Shown here: in pieces, positions 24,391 to 36,543 of the stretch
How positions within the stretch are numbered: position 1 is the stretch's first letter
How the letters are laid out: the number at the start of each line of letters is the position of its first letter
DNA from: Lama glama
Lineage: Eukaryota
Assembly (NCBI GenBank): GCA_028534125.1
Contig: CM052838.1
Coordinates: 65,286,001 to 65,350,000, forward strand
DNA length: 64,000 bases
Direction: 5' to 3'
Program-made: the position numbers and the translations under genes
The notes under the pieces: model-generated
Told to the model about the DNA's origin: nothing
The model's database searches: none
What the model saw: the letters and a program-made list of their open reading frames with translations, nothing else

Positions 24391-24860
24391 CAAATCGGAT
24401 TTGAGCAGAAACTAAGGCGGACTTTAGGGAGCAGTGCTTGCAAGGCCCCGTGAAGCTCAGCCTGGTGCCTGGCTTACAGGGTTAGGGACCTTAAAGGTGA
24501 GTAACGGGCACTTGTCGGCAGGCCCAGGGGCTCAGGATTATCTTAGGGACCTCGAGAGGGGAGGAATTCACCCAGATTCATGGGTACTGGAGGCACAGTC
24601 TGGTGACAAGCTGCTGGCTTGGCTTCTGAGCTTTGAGAGGCTTTTAAAAGTCGAACGTGGAATTCCTGGTAAGAGTTCCAGCAAAGCAGACTTAGAAGAG
24701 CCTTCGCGGCCAACCTGCTGCCGCTGCACTTACGTCCGTGATCAGGGCAAGTCTAACAAGACGAGACTTACTCTGCAAACAACTCAGCCTTCAGTTACCT
24801 TCAGTAGGAACGGGGGTGACTGCGGACAGAGACTTCCCTTTCAATAAAAGCACAGCACAC
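24391..24860 (+). mobile_element. ERV1-class (MER4-group-like) internal remnant, right part
   Basis: ggacctcgagaggggaggaattcacccagattcatgggtact...gagaggcttttaaaagtc...gttccagcaaagcagacttagaagagcc resembles the MER4-group internal 3' region. Confidence 0.6.
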
Positions 24861-27800
24861 CTGTGGGGGCTTGAGCTGCCACGGTCTCCCAGGGTCTCCC
24901 CCACCCTTCGGACCTGGCATCCCCGAAAATGAAAACTGCTCTGCAAGCCGAGGCTGGACTTCTCAGCATAAACCTCAGAGAAACCACAGCACATCAGGAG
25001 TGGCCGCCTCTGCTGCGGGGCTGGCGGGCGCCGCGGACATTCCAGCCGCGGGCCAGGGGCCGGTCAGAACGGCCAGGGCCCTCTTCCAGCATCGCAGGGC
25101 ACACGGGCCCCCCCGCCTGGAAGTGTCCCCAGCTGCCCACTCTCAGGGCGCAGGCCCTGCAGGGAGAGACCCCTCATTAATCACTGATCGCTCAGGCCAC
25201 ACAGAGGACTCCCTCACTATGGCGGGGAGACCCCCCCCAAACGAGACTCGGCTGCTGAACTAAACTGACCTATTCTGAGGACTAAGAACTTGGCTGGCAG
25301 TGACGTGGAGCAGTTCACAGCTCTGCTCTGGACAGTGAGGCCGCTGCGAAGGTGCGTGGGAGGGTGGGGAGAAGACGGCTCCACCCCGAAGCCTGCCCTC
25401 GGGCCCATGACTGCTTGCAGCTAAAGACTCTCACGCAACAGCAGGGCCACAAGGCACCCTGACCTCCGTTTTTTCCCAGAAGCAAGGAGTCGCCCCGTAG
25501 GGGAAATGTCTCCCCGCCACCAGGAGGAAACAGCATTCTCATCCTCATGGACGGGACGCCGAGGCCGAGAGACCTGCGCACGGCCACCTCGTTAAAGGAA
25601 CTGTCGCCCTCGGCCTCGCACAGCCCTGCCCGCCGCGCTGCCGCGTCGTCGGGTCTGGCCCCTCCCCCGGGTCTTCGTCTCCCACCAGGGCTCCCGTGTC
25701 CCAGGAAACACGTCAGACAGACGTGCAGGCCTTTCTCCTGCTCACCTGTCTCTCGTCGCTTTAACTGTCTGGAGACCCTGGGAGCCTGGGAGAGGAGAGA
25801 TGAAGTCCCGCCTCACCCCAGCCTCCAGGAGGACCAGCCCTGGGGGCCTTCCAGGTCGGGCCGCAGCCTCTGGACGGGGGTGGACACGCTTCTGCTGTTC
25901 TGTGTCCCCCGGGCGCAGTGCTGGGGTGTCCCGGCCGCCCCAGGACACGGACACCCTCCCCAGGCCTTTGCGCTGGCCCGGCCTCGAGACACCCTGTGAC
26001 CCCCAGGGCCCGTGACAAGTCTGCTGGCACCCGCTGGCACCCGCCCCTCCTCCCTTCCCTAGTGTCCCCGCCAGGCCCGTGCCCTCCGAAAGCTCCTTCA
26101 GCAACGACAGCCCCAGGCCAGGGGGCGGGCCGCACGGCCGCAGGCCGGCCTGAGAGCAGCCCTTGGAGGCGCGGCCGGCGGGCACACTCAGTGAGGAGTG
26201 GAGATGGTGCGGAGCTCCCCTCAGAGACAACGCAGCGGGTGCTCTCTGGTGGGGGCAGCTGACAAGGGCTTGCCCCCCAGCGGCCCAGCTGGAGATGCTC
26301 CCATTAGCAGGGGTGTAAAGCGCTGGGGCTTGGGGCCTCCCTGTGCAGACGGACCTCGCGCTGCAGCTCCCACGGGGCAGCAGGGACCGGGAAGCGGAAG
26401 CCCCCGGCCTCCACGAGGCAGCCGCGGGCTGACGCAGGGCCCCGTGAAACCATCAAACCATTTCCTCCGTTGGAATCCGGCTCGGCTTCTGAGCCGCTTC
26501 CTCCCACAATCTTAAGATAAACGAAGAGGAAATGGAACTAGATCTCAGGAACAACCCCTGCAGCCCCGGGGCCTCCGTGTGACACACCCCAGGCCGCAGG
26601 GGGACTGATGGGGGCGAGGGCCGTTTCAGTTGAATGTTGTTCACATGTTCTGCAGATTTAGTGATTCACCCCAAGCTCCTGTTCTTTCCAAGTAATCTTT
26701 GTTTCCCAGAAAGCAAATGCCAGCCTGCAGGCCCGAAAGCCTCTGACATCACAGTGGAACCACCTCCTGGTCCTGCCTGGGCTGCCCCTGGGCCCTCCAG
26801 GCACGGCTGATCCCCCAGCACAGCGGACGCCCCTCCCTTCTACACAAAGGACACCCCTGGGCACTGCAGACACCCCCCCCCCAGGGCACAGCGGACGCCA
26901 GGGGAGCAGCCACGCGGTGACCCCGCAGGCCCAGCACAAGGAAGCCCACACACCCGAGAGGCACGGCGTTGGCTACAGGCTGCGTTTAGCCCCCCTGGGG
27001 GTTCTCACGCAGCCCTCCACCCACGACAGCCCAGCGCCCTCGCCTGGGGTGCACACACCGTGGGAGCACATGGCGCCCCCAGGACATTCGAGGGTGTTAA
27101 TCACCACCATCTTCCTGGGCTGTCAGTTGCGCTCAGATTTAGCGACACAGTGGGGATGCGTCATTTTAGTATTATAAAAACATAAGACGTTTACAGCACA
27201 GAACACAACATTCCCATGAATCAGAGAAGACATGAGCCGCATAGGAACCCTGGTCTGACGTAGGCCGTTCCAGGCTGTCCTGACTGCGGCCCCAGGGCAC
27301 CGTCTGCAAACCTCCGGCAGGGACTTCACCCCCTCTGCCCGGCCGGAGAGGAGGGTCCTGGCCCGCATCACCCTGGCCGCTAAGGGACCACGATGAGTCC
27401 CCCGCTCCAGGTTTCAGACCCCAGCTCCGAGGCCTGGCCGTGCAGCCAGAATGCCAGGAAGGGTGGGGGGCAGGTGGACAGGGGATGGAAAGACCCTGAA
27501 CACCTGTCTCAGCCCAGGACTTGCCACCCAGAAGGGAGGTGCTCAGGAGAGCCCAGTTCCTGGACAGCCCGGAGCTGGAAGGGCAGCCCCAGGCCATACC
27601 AGTCTCGGCAGGGGTGCAGCAGCCCCTCTGAGGCCATGAGGGGGCAGAAGGAGCCCTGCCCGCACACCCTTCCTGTGGGCGTCTGGCCGCACCGGCATCG
27701 GGACCCACGTCTAGACCCCGTGGGGCAGGGAGCGCGGGGGTCAGTCTCCCCGGGACGGGCGGGCAGCCCGAGGGTCAGACGGGCGCAGGAAGACAGAGGC

Positions 27801-28369
27801 GGCCGACCTCTGCTCGCCTGAGGCCGCTCCCCGCCTGGCGGAGGACAAGCCCCCAGTCCTGGCCGCCCCCCGCATGCCTGCCTCCTCCCTCACCGGCTGT
27901 GTTTTAAGTCCGGTGTCTTCACCTCGAATGTCATAGTCATTTGTTGACCTGCTCGTGTCTCCAACGGATCAGCCCCAGAGCTGGGGGTCTGTCTTGTTCC
28001 CAGATGTCTCCCCAGTGCCCAGGGCAGGCCTGGTACAGGGTAACGCATATTTCAGTAAATACGGGACGCAGAAGGCCTCGTGCCATCCAGAGGAACCTCC
28101 CCTCCAGGCCGGGGGAAATGGTTTGGCCAGACCCCTTCCTCCAGAGGCCTAGGCAGACGCTCAGCGAGCCACGCGGGACCCCTTGCCCACAGGCAGCCCC
28201 TGGCCAGAAACCCTGCGTGCAGGCACCGGCCTGGGTGGCAACACGTGTTTCCTCACCTAACCCCACAGCACCCCTGGGGGCAGGCCTTCTACTGCCCCCA
28301 CCTTGCAAATGAGGGGCAGAACCAGAGTGCAGTGGGTCCCCCCGCAGCGTCCACCCCAGATTCGTGGCC

Positions 28370-29737
28370 AAAACTGGGAAGAAAGATGTAAAACCAGCTC
28401 TGCTTGCAGATGAGTTGGGTCTGTTTCCAGATTCGACGGAATCAAAATAGGCAACGGAGAAACTGCTATAATCAGAGAAAAGTCAGTCGAACGGCAGGCG
28501 GTGAGATCAGCCTAGAAACGCCGACGGCCTCCAGACGCGCCAACAAAACCCAGTCTGAAGGTTTAATGGGAGAGAACGCTTCCATAAAAGCAAAACAGGT
28601 AAAACATGTCGGCAAAAGCCACGTCAGGGAAACCTCCGGGAGGACGGCAGCGACGCGAGCAGCCGGGGCAGCCGGGCGTGGCGGGCGGGGGCTCAGCTCT
28701 GCCACCTGCGGACCCTCCAAAGTCGCCTCGCCACCTCAACACGGCGCCAGCGGAAACCCCGCCAGGGTTGTGTTCTGCTTTGACTTGGAGCTGACAAGTC
28801 AGCAGTACGAGTCACAGGAGGAGACAATCAGGCAAAAACAGCCACGAAAAAATCTGAAAGGCGAGCAGGCAGGACGCGAGCCCCACCAGGCCCCCGACAG
28901 AGCGCGGTCCTAGGGCAGGACAGACGCCGGGCCGACGGCCCGAAGACGAAACCCAGAAACACACCCGACTGCGTGAGGAGACTTAGTACATGATAAAGGC
29001 GGCCCCTCAAATTTATGGGGAAAATAGACGTTTCATTTAATAAGCGGTGTTGGCAAGACTGAATAGCTACATAAAAAATAAAACATACGATTCATTCGTG
29101 ACACTACAAGCCCGGATAGATTCCAAATGCATCGCCGTGTTCACACGGACGCGGAAACACAAACATGATGAAGCAAGCAGGACGGGGTCCTCCGCACTGG
29201 GGCGGGGAGACATTCCTGGGGCCCCAAATCTAAAAGCAACAAGGAAAGAGACTGACAAACACGACTGTGTAAAAGCAAAAATGTTTTACGGGGGGAAACA
29301 AAAACACAAATAATAAACAGCAAAAAACATTTACAACTTACTGAGAAATAAAAGGTCAATATCACTAGCACATAATGAGGCTTTAAAAATTAAGAAGACA
29401 TCAGCCCAACAGAAAAATGGGCAAAGGACGTGCAAACAGCCTTCTAACATGTAAAAAACATGCTCAGCCTCGCTTACCATAAAGGGAATGCGAGGGAAGG
29501 CTACCGGAGATGCCGTTTCTCGCCTGTGGGGCTGGCAGGCACCCAGTCCGGGCAGGCGCCCGGGGGCGCGCGAGCCCACAGATGGCATCACACACGTGTC
29601 TGTCCTCCAACCGCGCGGCCCGTTCTAGGAGCCGACCCAAGGATACGCCGGCCCCTGCGTGAGGCAGGACAACCGCGGTCGGCCCACGACGGCCGAGCTG
29701 GGAAGCGGCCTCACGCTCAGCAGGGACGCGAGTGGTC
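28370..29737 (+). mobile_element. Old L1 (L1ME-like) ORF2 3' fragment
   Basis: L1-like motifs cccagaaacacacccgac...ttagtacatgataaaggc, agaaaaatgggcaaaggacgtg. Confidence 0.75.
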
Positions 29738-30170
29738 TCAGAACCATGGTCCCCTGACGTGTCCACGTCCCAACCCCTGGAACGTGTCACCTCATGTGGC
29801 AAAAGGGGCCCTGCAGCCGGGGCTGCGTGGAGGACGCTGGGACGCAGGGATTATTCTGGGTGGCCCAGCTGGGCTGGGGAAGTCGCAGGGTCTTTGGAGG
29901 AAACAGAAGGAGGCAGGAGGGTCAGAGTCAGGGAGGAGGGGACAAAGGAGCAGAGGTTGGAGGGAGGCGTGGCCAGAAGCCAGGACATGGCGTCCATGGA
30001 AGCCAGAAAAGGCGGGTTCTCCCGAGGCTCCAGGAGGACCCGCCCTGCCGCACCGCACCCCCGGCCCAGGGCTGACCTATCTTAGGACCTCTGACTCCAC
30101 GACTGACACACCTGCTGCCGCTGCCACGGGGCTCAGGCACGTCTGCCCCGCGGCTGCACAGGCAGAGGCT
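29738..30170 (+). mobile_element. MaLR LTR (MLT1C/D-like)
   Basis: gtccacgtcccaacccctggaac...catgtggcaaaagggg...gggattattctgg...ggaggcaggagggtcagagtcag...gaagccagaaaaggc pattern. Confidence 0.7.
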
Positions 30171-31339
30171 GGGACTGGCTTCTGCGGGTAGAGCGTGCTC
30201 CCCAGAAACCCGTCAAGTCTATAGCACAGCACGAGGCAGCGTGCGGGGCAGGCCGGCCACCGCGCACGCAAGCAGCAGGTCGCATGAACACGTCGGAAAG
30301 AAGATGACAGACACATAGACCGACCTCTGTCACAGGGACGCTTTCAGGAGGGCGGCGGGGACGGGGCAGAAGGAGCAGCAGTCGAGGGCGGACTCCAGAA
30401 CGTGCCTCATCTGACCGACCCTAGTGCGGCACCACGCGAGGATCTGACGTGATCATTACATTCAACGTAGAAGGCAGTCTCTAAAAATTGGGAGCAAGGT
30501 AAAACCCGCAGTGGACCGCAGGAGGCTACGCCCAGAGGAACTACTTTAAGTGACTTTAGACACCTTCAGAGGATGTTCCACGGGCATCTCGGAGCCCCGC
30601 CCACCGGAGCCCCGCAGGGCGGCCAGTCCAGGAGCAGCCCCGCTGTGCTAGCTCTGTGTCGGCCCCCCGTCACCGTAAGGACCAGGGTCCCACGGAGAGA
30701 CTGAGGCTTCATTTCCTGGAGGACAGAGCACTGTCGCCCCGGCAGGCGAGGATGCCGTCCAGGACCGCAGGCCCGTGGGCGGGACTCAGGAGCCAGCAGT
30801 GGGGCCCGTCGAGTGCCAGTAGAGCACCGTGACTGCAGGGGACCCGACCCCAGTGGAGGGGTCACAGCGAAACTGCTCTGCAGTCTTCAGAGGACCTGGA
30901 GGTCAGGAGCCAACCCTGTCCTGTGGAAACTGGACAGGAGAGGGGAAGTGGCACCTCCTGTCTAGATGAGCTCCACCCCAAACGGGTTCTGTCGTAATCG
31001 GCAGAGAAAGTTTTTTTTTTAATTATTTCAGCTGATCAGGGATGAACAAGTGTCGGGGTGAGGACCCCCCCCCGGCACACCAGCTCTGTGGAAGTGAGGG
31101 CGGCGACAGTCACCAGTGGCCGCCAGCCTCGGGAGGGTGACCCAGACACGGAGCCCCCAGGACGGAGCTCCTGCCGCCAAGCCCAACGGGGTGGGAGCCG
31201 GCCGGGCGAGATCACGGCCAGCTCACACAGCAGCCCGGGTGGGGGTCAAAGCCACGGGGCGGAGCTCAGGACCCAGAGGACCTGGACCCTCAGCAAAGCA
31301 GCTATGAGGAATCAGAGGCAGGGGGGCCTAGGAGGGGCT

Positions 31340-31655
31340 CCGGCCAACACTGTTCGTTCAATCAAGTAATGATAAATGATCACAAAACGTCCACGGGGCC
31401 ATCGGGAGGTGTCACATCGGGGACTGTTAAGTATTTGGGTGTGAAAAGTACTGTGGTTATGTGCGAGGAAAGAGCCCTTGTCTCTCGGGAGTGCGCACTG
31501 AAACATTTAGGGGGAAAAATCGCCCGGCACGTGGGCGGGAGGGTGACCAGAGCAGCTCCGACCCAGGACAGGTGACTCTGGGAGATGGAGTGTGGGTCAG
31601 TGTTCTCCTTCCATTTGTGTGTATGTCTGATCAAAATTAAAAGTTAAAAAAAAAA
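31340..31655 (+). mobile_element. L1MC/ME-like 3' UTR end with A-tail
   Basis: gtactgtggttatgt...ctgaaacatttagggg...aaaagttaaaaaaaaa. Confidence 0.6.
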
Positions 31656-33369
31656 GATGTGAAGCCTGGGGATGGAGTGTGGAACGGGCTTGGGGGGCTC
31701 AGTCGGTGGTACAGGGCGGACCCCGGGCCAGCTCCATGTGGCGGCAGAGCCCGTGGGGCAGCGTGGTCAGGGAAGGGACGCGGTGCATGGCCCAGCACTG
31801 GTGCATGGCGCGGCCTGGACCGCGGGCCCCTGTGATCCTGGGGAGGCATGCAAAGTCACCAGGCTCCCCCAAGGGCGAATATGATGGGCAGCCAGGCCCC
31901 CCAGTGGGGACGGGCCACTGGGGCTCTGTTACAAATGGAGCTGAGGCCCAGGTGAGCAGCCTGGAGCAAGGGTACCACCACCCCCACCTTCTAGGGAGCC
32001 GCCTCCCCCAGGCGTGGTCTGGCCAAGGAGCTTCCTCCACACTCGGGACACACCAGGGGGCCATCGGCTCACCCTCGTCCGTCCACCCACTAGGTCTACC
32101 CAAGCCGTTCGGCTCAAGAACAGGTACCTTCTGGCCTTGGCTCCCGGGCAGCCGGGTCAAGGTGCCGACCCTCATCCGCCATCTGGACGAGAATGGGAAG
32201 TGGACGTGGACGTCCTCCTCCTGGGATCAGTCACGTGGGAAACGGCCAGTTTAAGGCACAGAAGCAAAGCTCGGGTGACCAGAGGGGCCGGAAGTGCACC
32301 CAGCACTGGGCCACCTGGAAGCGGGTGACAAGTGGTCTCAGATGCTGCCCCGAGGGGAGGCTGCCAAACACAGATGCAGGTGGTGATGACCAGGAGAGGA
32401 GAGTGCTGGACACCTGCGGGTCCCGTCCCAGCTTCGGCCTCAGCGAGGGGGCCCGGAGCAGACCACTCCCGACGTGGTGTCAGCTCCCGTGGTGGCGAGA
32501 GGGAGGAGGCGGTACCGCCCACCCTGTGGCCCCTGCCTCCCCGGCCACCCCCTCCAGCTGGGCCCAGACCTCCTGATTGTGACTCTGTTGCAGGCCGGGC
32601 CCCTCTGCTTCTCTGACCAGCACCTTGTCTGCTCTCCACCCAGCCTCCCTGGGGGCTCCGTCTGTTTCATCCTCAGCATTCATCCCTCCAGGCCACTGAG
32701 CCTGGCACAGCCAGGAGCCCTGGAGACCCCCGTCCCCCACCCAGACCCTCCTGGAGAACACAGAACTTCACAGCTGTCTCCCACAGGTGGACAAGGGCCC
32801 CTGCCCACCAATGTCCCGCTCAAATGCTACGAGCTGACTTTCAAGACTGGCCCCATGAAGACGGCAGGAGCCCGAAGCCTCTGTGGGTCGCAGACATAGC
32901 CCTGGACCGTCCTGGGGCGAGAGGCCCCCCCCGAGGTCCGGCAGCTCACTGACCAGTCAGCCCGGACAGAGGGGCCACCACAATGCTCACACTCAGGGCT
33001 GAGTGGTCCCCTACCTGCCCCAGGGCCGTCCAGAGCAGGATGGCATCCCGAGGCACCACCTCACTCCAGAGGGCGTGGCAGGAGCCAGGGCCATCTTCGC
33101 CAGTCACTCCTGGAGACCCCGACCTACCAAGAAGGCCATCTGGCCACCTACTTAATGTGCGTGACGTCCGCGCACAGTGGAGGGTCCCTAAGGAAAACCA
33201 GGGCTCTTGTCAGGTGTCCCTTCTGTTCATTCCTGCATGTCCCAAGGACACACCAGCCAGAGAAGCCAGCAAGCCACTCCCTCCAGGTGTCGACAGCCCG
33301 TGAAAGTAAAATAATCCTTAAATTATTTTAAAACATCCCAAAGGCTGAGCCACTAAGATATCACCAGGC

Positions 33370-33928
33370 ACCATGTGACCCAGAGACTCCGCTGCGGGGT
33401 GTGCACCCAGGAGGACTGAGCGCGGGCACTCGAGCAAGTCTGTGCACCGGGCTCACGCGGCGTGGCTCACACTCACCTAAAGGAGAACCAATCCGGGTGT
33501 CATCGGTGGGTGAGCAGAGACGCACATTGTGGTCCATCCACGCAGTGAACTATTTACTCAGCCTCTAAAGGAAGGAAATGCTGACACAGGCTCCTGCACG
33601 GACGAACCTGGGTGGCACCGTGCTGAGCGAGGGAAGCCAGTCCCGAAGCAGCAAATACCGTGATCCACTTTTATGAGATATGCAGATGAGCCAAATTCGT
33701 AGAGACAGAAGGTAGATTAGCGGTTACCAGGGACTGGGGGGTGGGGGTGGGGAGTTAGCGCTTCACGGGGACAGAGTGTCAGTTTGGGAAGATGAGAAAG
33801 TTCCGGAGACGGACGGAGGTGATGGTACACAGCAGCGTGAACGTAACTAATGCCACTGAACTGTAGGCTTAAAAGTGGTAAAGATGGTAAATTTTGTGTT
33901 GTGTCTATTTTACTACAATTTTTTAAAA
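33370..33928 (+). mobile_element. L1MB-like 3' end
   Basis: tgtggtccatccacgcagtgaactatt...agagacagaaggtagattagcggttaccaggg...gccactgaactgt...atggtaaattttgtgttgtgt. Confidence 0.88.
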
Positions 33929-36043
33929 CCGTTAACGTCAAGCCGACTTCTGTCCCAACTAATGGAGACAAGAAATGCCGCTGCTCAAGGGGAGGGGGGA
34001 GGGGGCCTTTGACAAACGGGGATCGCTCCACGACATCTAGGGGTCAGAGCGGGCAGCGGCAGGCAGTCTGCTGGCCGTGGGAGGAGACGGGGCTAGAGCA
34101 GCAGCCAAGGCCGTGCGGCTGCGAGGGCGGCGTCTCAGGAAACTCAGACTGGTGCGCGCAGTGAGCACAAGCTGCCGGGCCCAGGCCGCTGGGCTTCTGC
34201 AGACGCCGTCAAGTCTCGTGGCCGCCGCCAGCGTGCCTTCAGCGATGCTTGCCGCGTCTCCCCAGTGCCACCCATACAGTCACAATCAAGGGTGTGCCAG
34301 GAATGCAGAGCCTGGGCCTGGCACCCGGGGCACAGCACGCCGTAGGTGCGGGTTTCTAAGATCCAGAGTCCAGATCTGGCGCCTGGACATCTCAGGAGAA
34401 GGGGCTGCGAGCCAGTCAAGGAGCTGGTTGGTGATGGAAGGGCCAGAACGCAGCACTCACCAGCAGTGGAAAACCAAAGGTCACATGGAGCCGAGCACGG
34501 GCTGAAGGCAAGGCTGTCTCCAGCAGCCCCATGGAGGCTGTTGGGGGCCAGACTCACATCCCAGAACCCGACACCTCTGAGCTCTCAGCCACAGCCACTC
34601 TCCCCGCAGCGTTTCCGCCATAACGGATACACGGACCCCAGAACGGCTCCTCCTGTGCTAACTCAGCGAGATGGCACAGCAGCGCTCTGGAGGGCTGATC
34701 ACTTGCCATCCTTTGAGGTGTTGCCGTAGCAACCACAGCACAGGCTCCTCACAGACGGGGGGGAGGGGAAGAGGAGGCTGGGAAGGAGGCGTCGCTCGAA
34801 AACAGGGTCCACGGGAAAGCGGCGAGGCCGAGAGCCCCCGGGACTGCACCCCTGCCCCTGCCACCACTCTTGTCCCCTCCCACTGCACCTGCCCACCTGC
34901 CCCCCATCCAGGTCCACCTGAGGATCTGGGTCAGGAGGTTCCTGGGGGGCTCCTCCCCCAGTAACTGGAGAAACACAGGCATGTGCCCAGGCTTGGGACA
35001 CTTCATCCCCTGAAGCTGGCCCGGGCCTTCCTCCCTCCCGAGGTAACCGCTCAGCTGGTCCTTCTGCAGGAGCAAGAGGCCGGGCGTAGGCACCTCACCC
35101 CGGGTGGGGCCAGGAAAGGGTCCCTGGGCCCCACAGCTGGGGAACAGCCCCACCCCATCCGTGCCCTGCCTCACAGCAAGTGTCCTGACTCGGACCCTGA
35201 TGGGTGTCCTGATGGGCCTAGGCTAAGGGAGGGTGGCCAGGCCCACCCACCTGAACGTGGACAGCAGGCACCCCAGGGGCCCAGGGTGAGCTCCAGTGGC
35301 GTCTCCAGCCCAGCCCTTGTGCCGGCGAGGAGAAAGGAAGAAAGGGTGCCACGGGGCAGGGGGCACGCCGGGTGCGGGGCGGAGTGGTCCCGGCTGGCGA
35401 GGGCAGAAACCCACCCAGCGGTTAAGACCAGGCCCGGGGGCCAGAGGGCTGGGGTGCAGGACGGGCCTGGATCCTGCCTGCTGTGCAGAGCACCGCGTCC
35501 AGGTCCCAGGCCTCTGGGACTCGCGAAAGGTCCTCCACCCCGCCCCCGGAGACACACCTTTCCTGCTGCAAGGCTGTGGCCGGCAGGTACCTCGACCTTG
35601 CCTCCCAATGCTCCCCTGATCTGGCCAGTTGCCCACTGTGAGGGGCTCTCCAGACCCTGGTCAAGAATGGAGACCTAGCCTCCACCCCACAGCAGCGTCA
35701 CGGGAGCCCGTTACCCTCAGCTCGGGGCACGCTGAGCCCGACAACTCTGGTGAACCCCGGAGTGGGTGCTGCACAGGCTGGCAGAGCCAGGCCCCAGCCT
35801 CGGCTGCCCGCACCTGCTTCAGCCCTGCCCAGGCCCAGGCCGGCTATGTGAGCCGCAGCACGGCCCCTGCAGTGGAGGAGAGTGCAGTGGGCAGGGGGGC
35901 AGAAGCCACCATTGTCCAATAAACTGGGGAAAAAGTTGGAAAATAAAATCTCCTATTCACAGTTACAAAACAAGACAATACACAACAGCGTCACATAAAA
36001 CAAGTACAAGAACGATACGTAATACACATGACAGAACGTGAAC

Positions 36044-36543
36044 NNNNNNNNNNNNNNNNNNNNNNNNNNNNNNNNNNNNNNNNNNNNNNNNNNNNNNNNN
36101 NNNNNNNNNNNNNNNNNNNNNNNNNNNNNNNNNNNNNNNNNNNNNNNNNNNNNNNNNNNNNNNNNNNNNNNNNNNNNNNNNNNNNNNNNNNNNNNNNNNN
36201 NNNNNNNNNNNNNNNNNNNNNNNNNNNNNNNNNNNNNNNNNNNNNNNNNNNNNNNNNNNNNNNNNNNNNNNNNNNNNNNNNNNNNNNNNNNNNNNNNNNN
36301 NNNNNNNNNNNNNNNNNNNNNNNNNNNNNNNNNNNNNNNNNNNNNNNNNNNNNNNNNNNNNNNNNNNNNNNNNNNNNNNNNNNNNNNNNNNNNNNNNNNN
36401 NNNNNNNNNNNNNNNNNNNNNNNNNNNNNNNNNNNNNNNNNNNNNNNNNNNNNNNNNNNNNNNNNNNNNNNNNNNNNNNNNNNNNNNNNNNNNNNNNNNN
36501 NNNNNNNNNNNNNNNNNNNNNNNNNNNNNNNNNNNNNNNNNNN
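36044..36543. other. Assembly gap (500 N)
   Basis: Run of 500 n; the round size suggests a placeholder. Confidence 1.

Noticed and set aside
34150-34510. Possible MaLR-internal fragment
   Set aside because: Similarity too weak to assign by eye.
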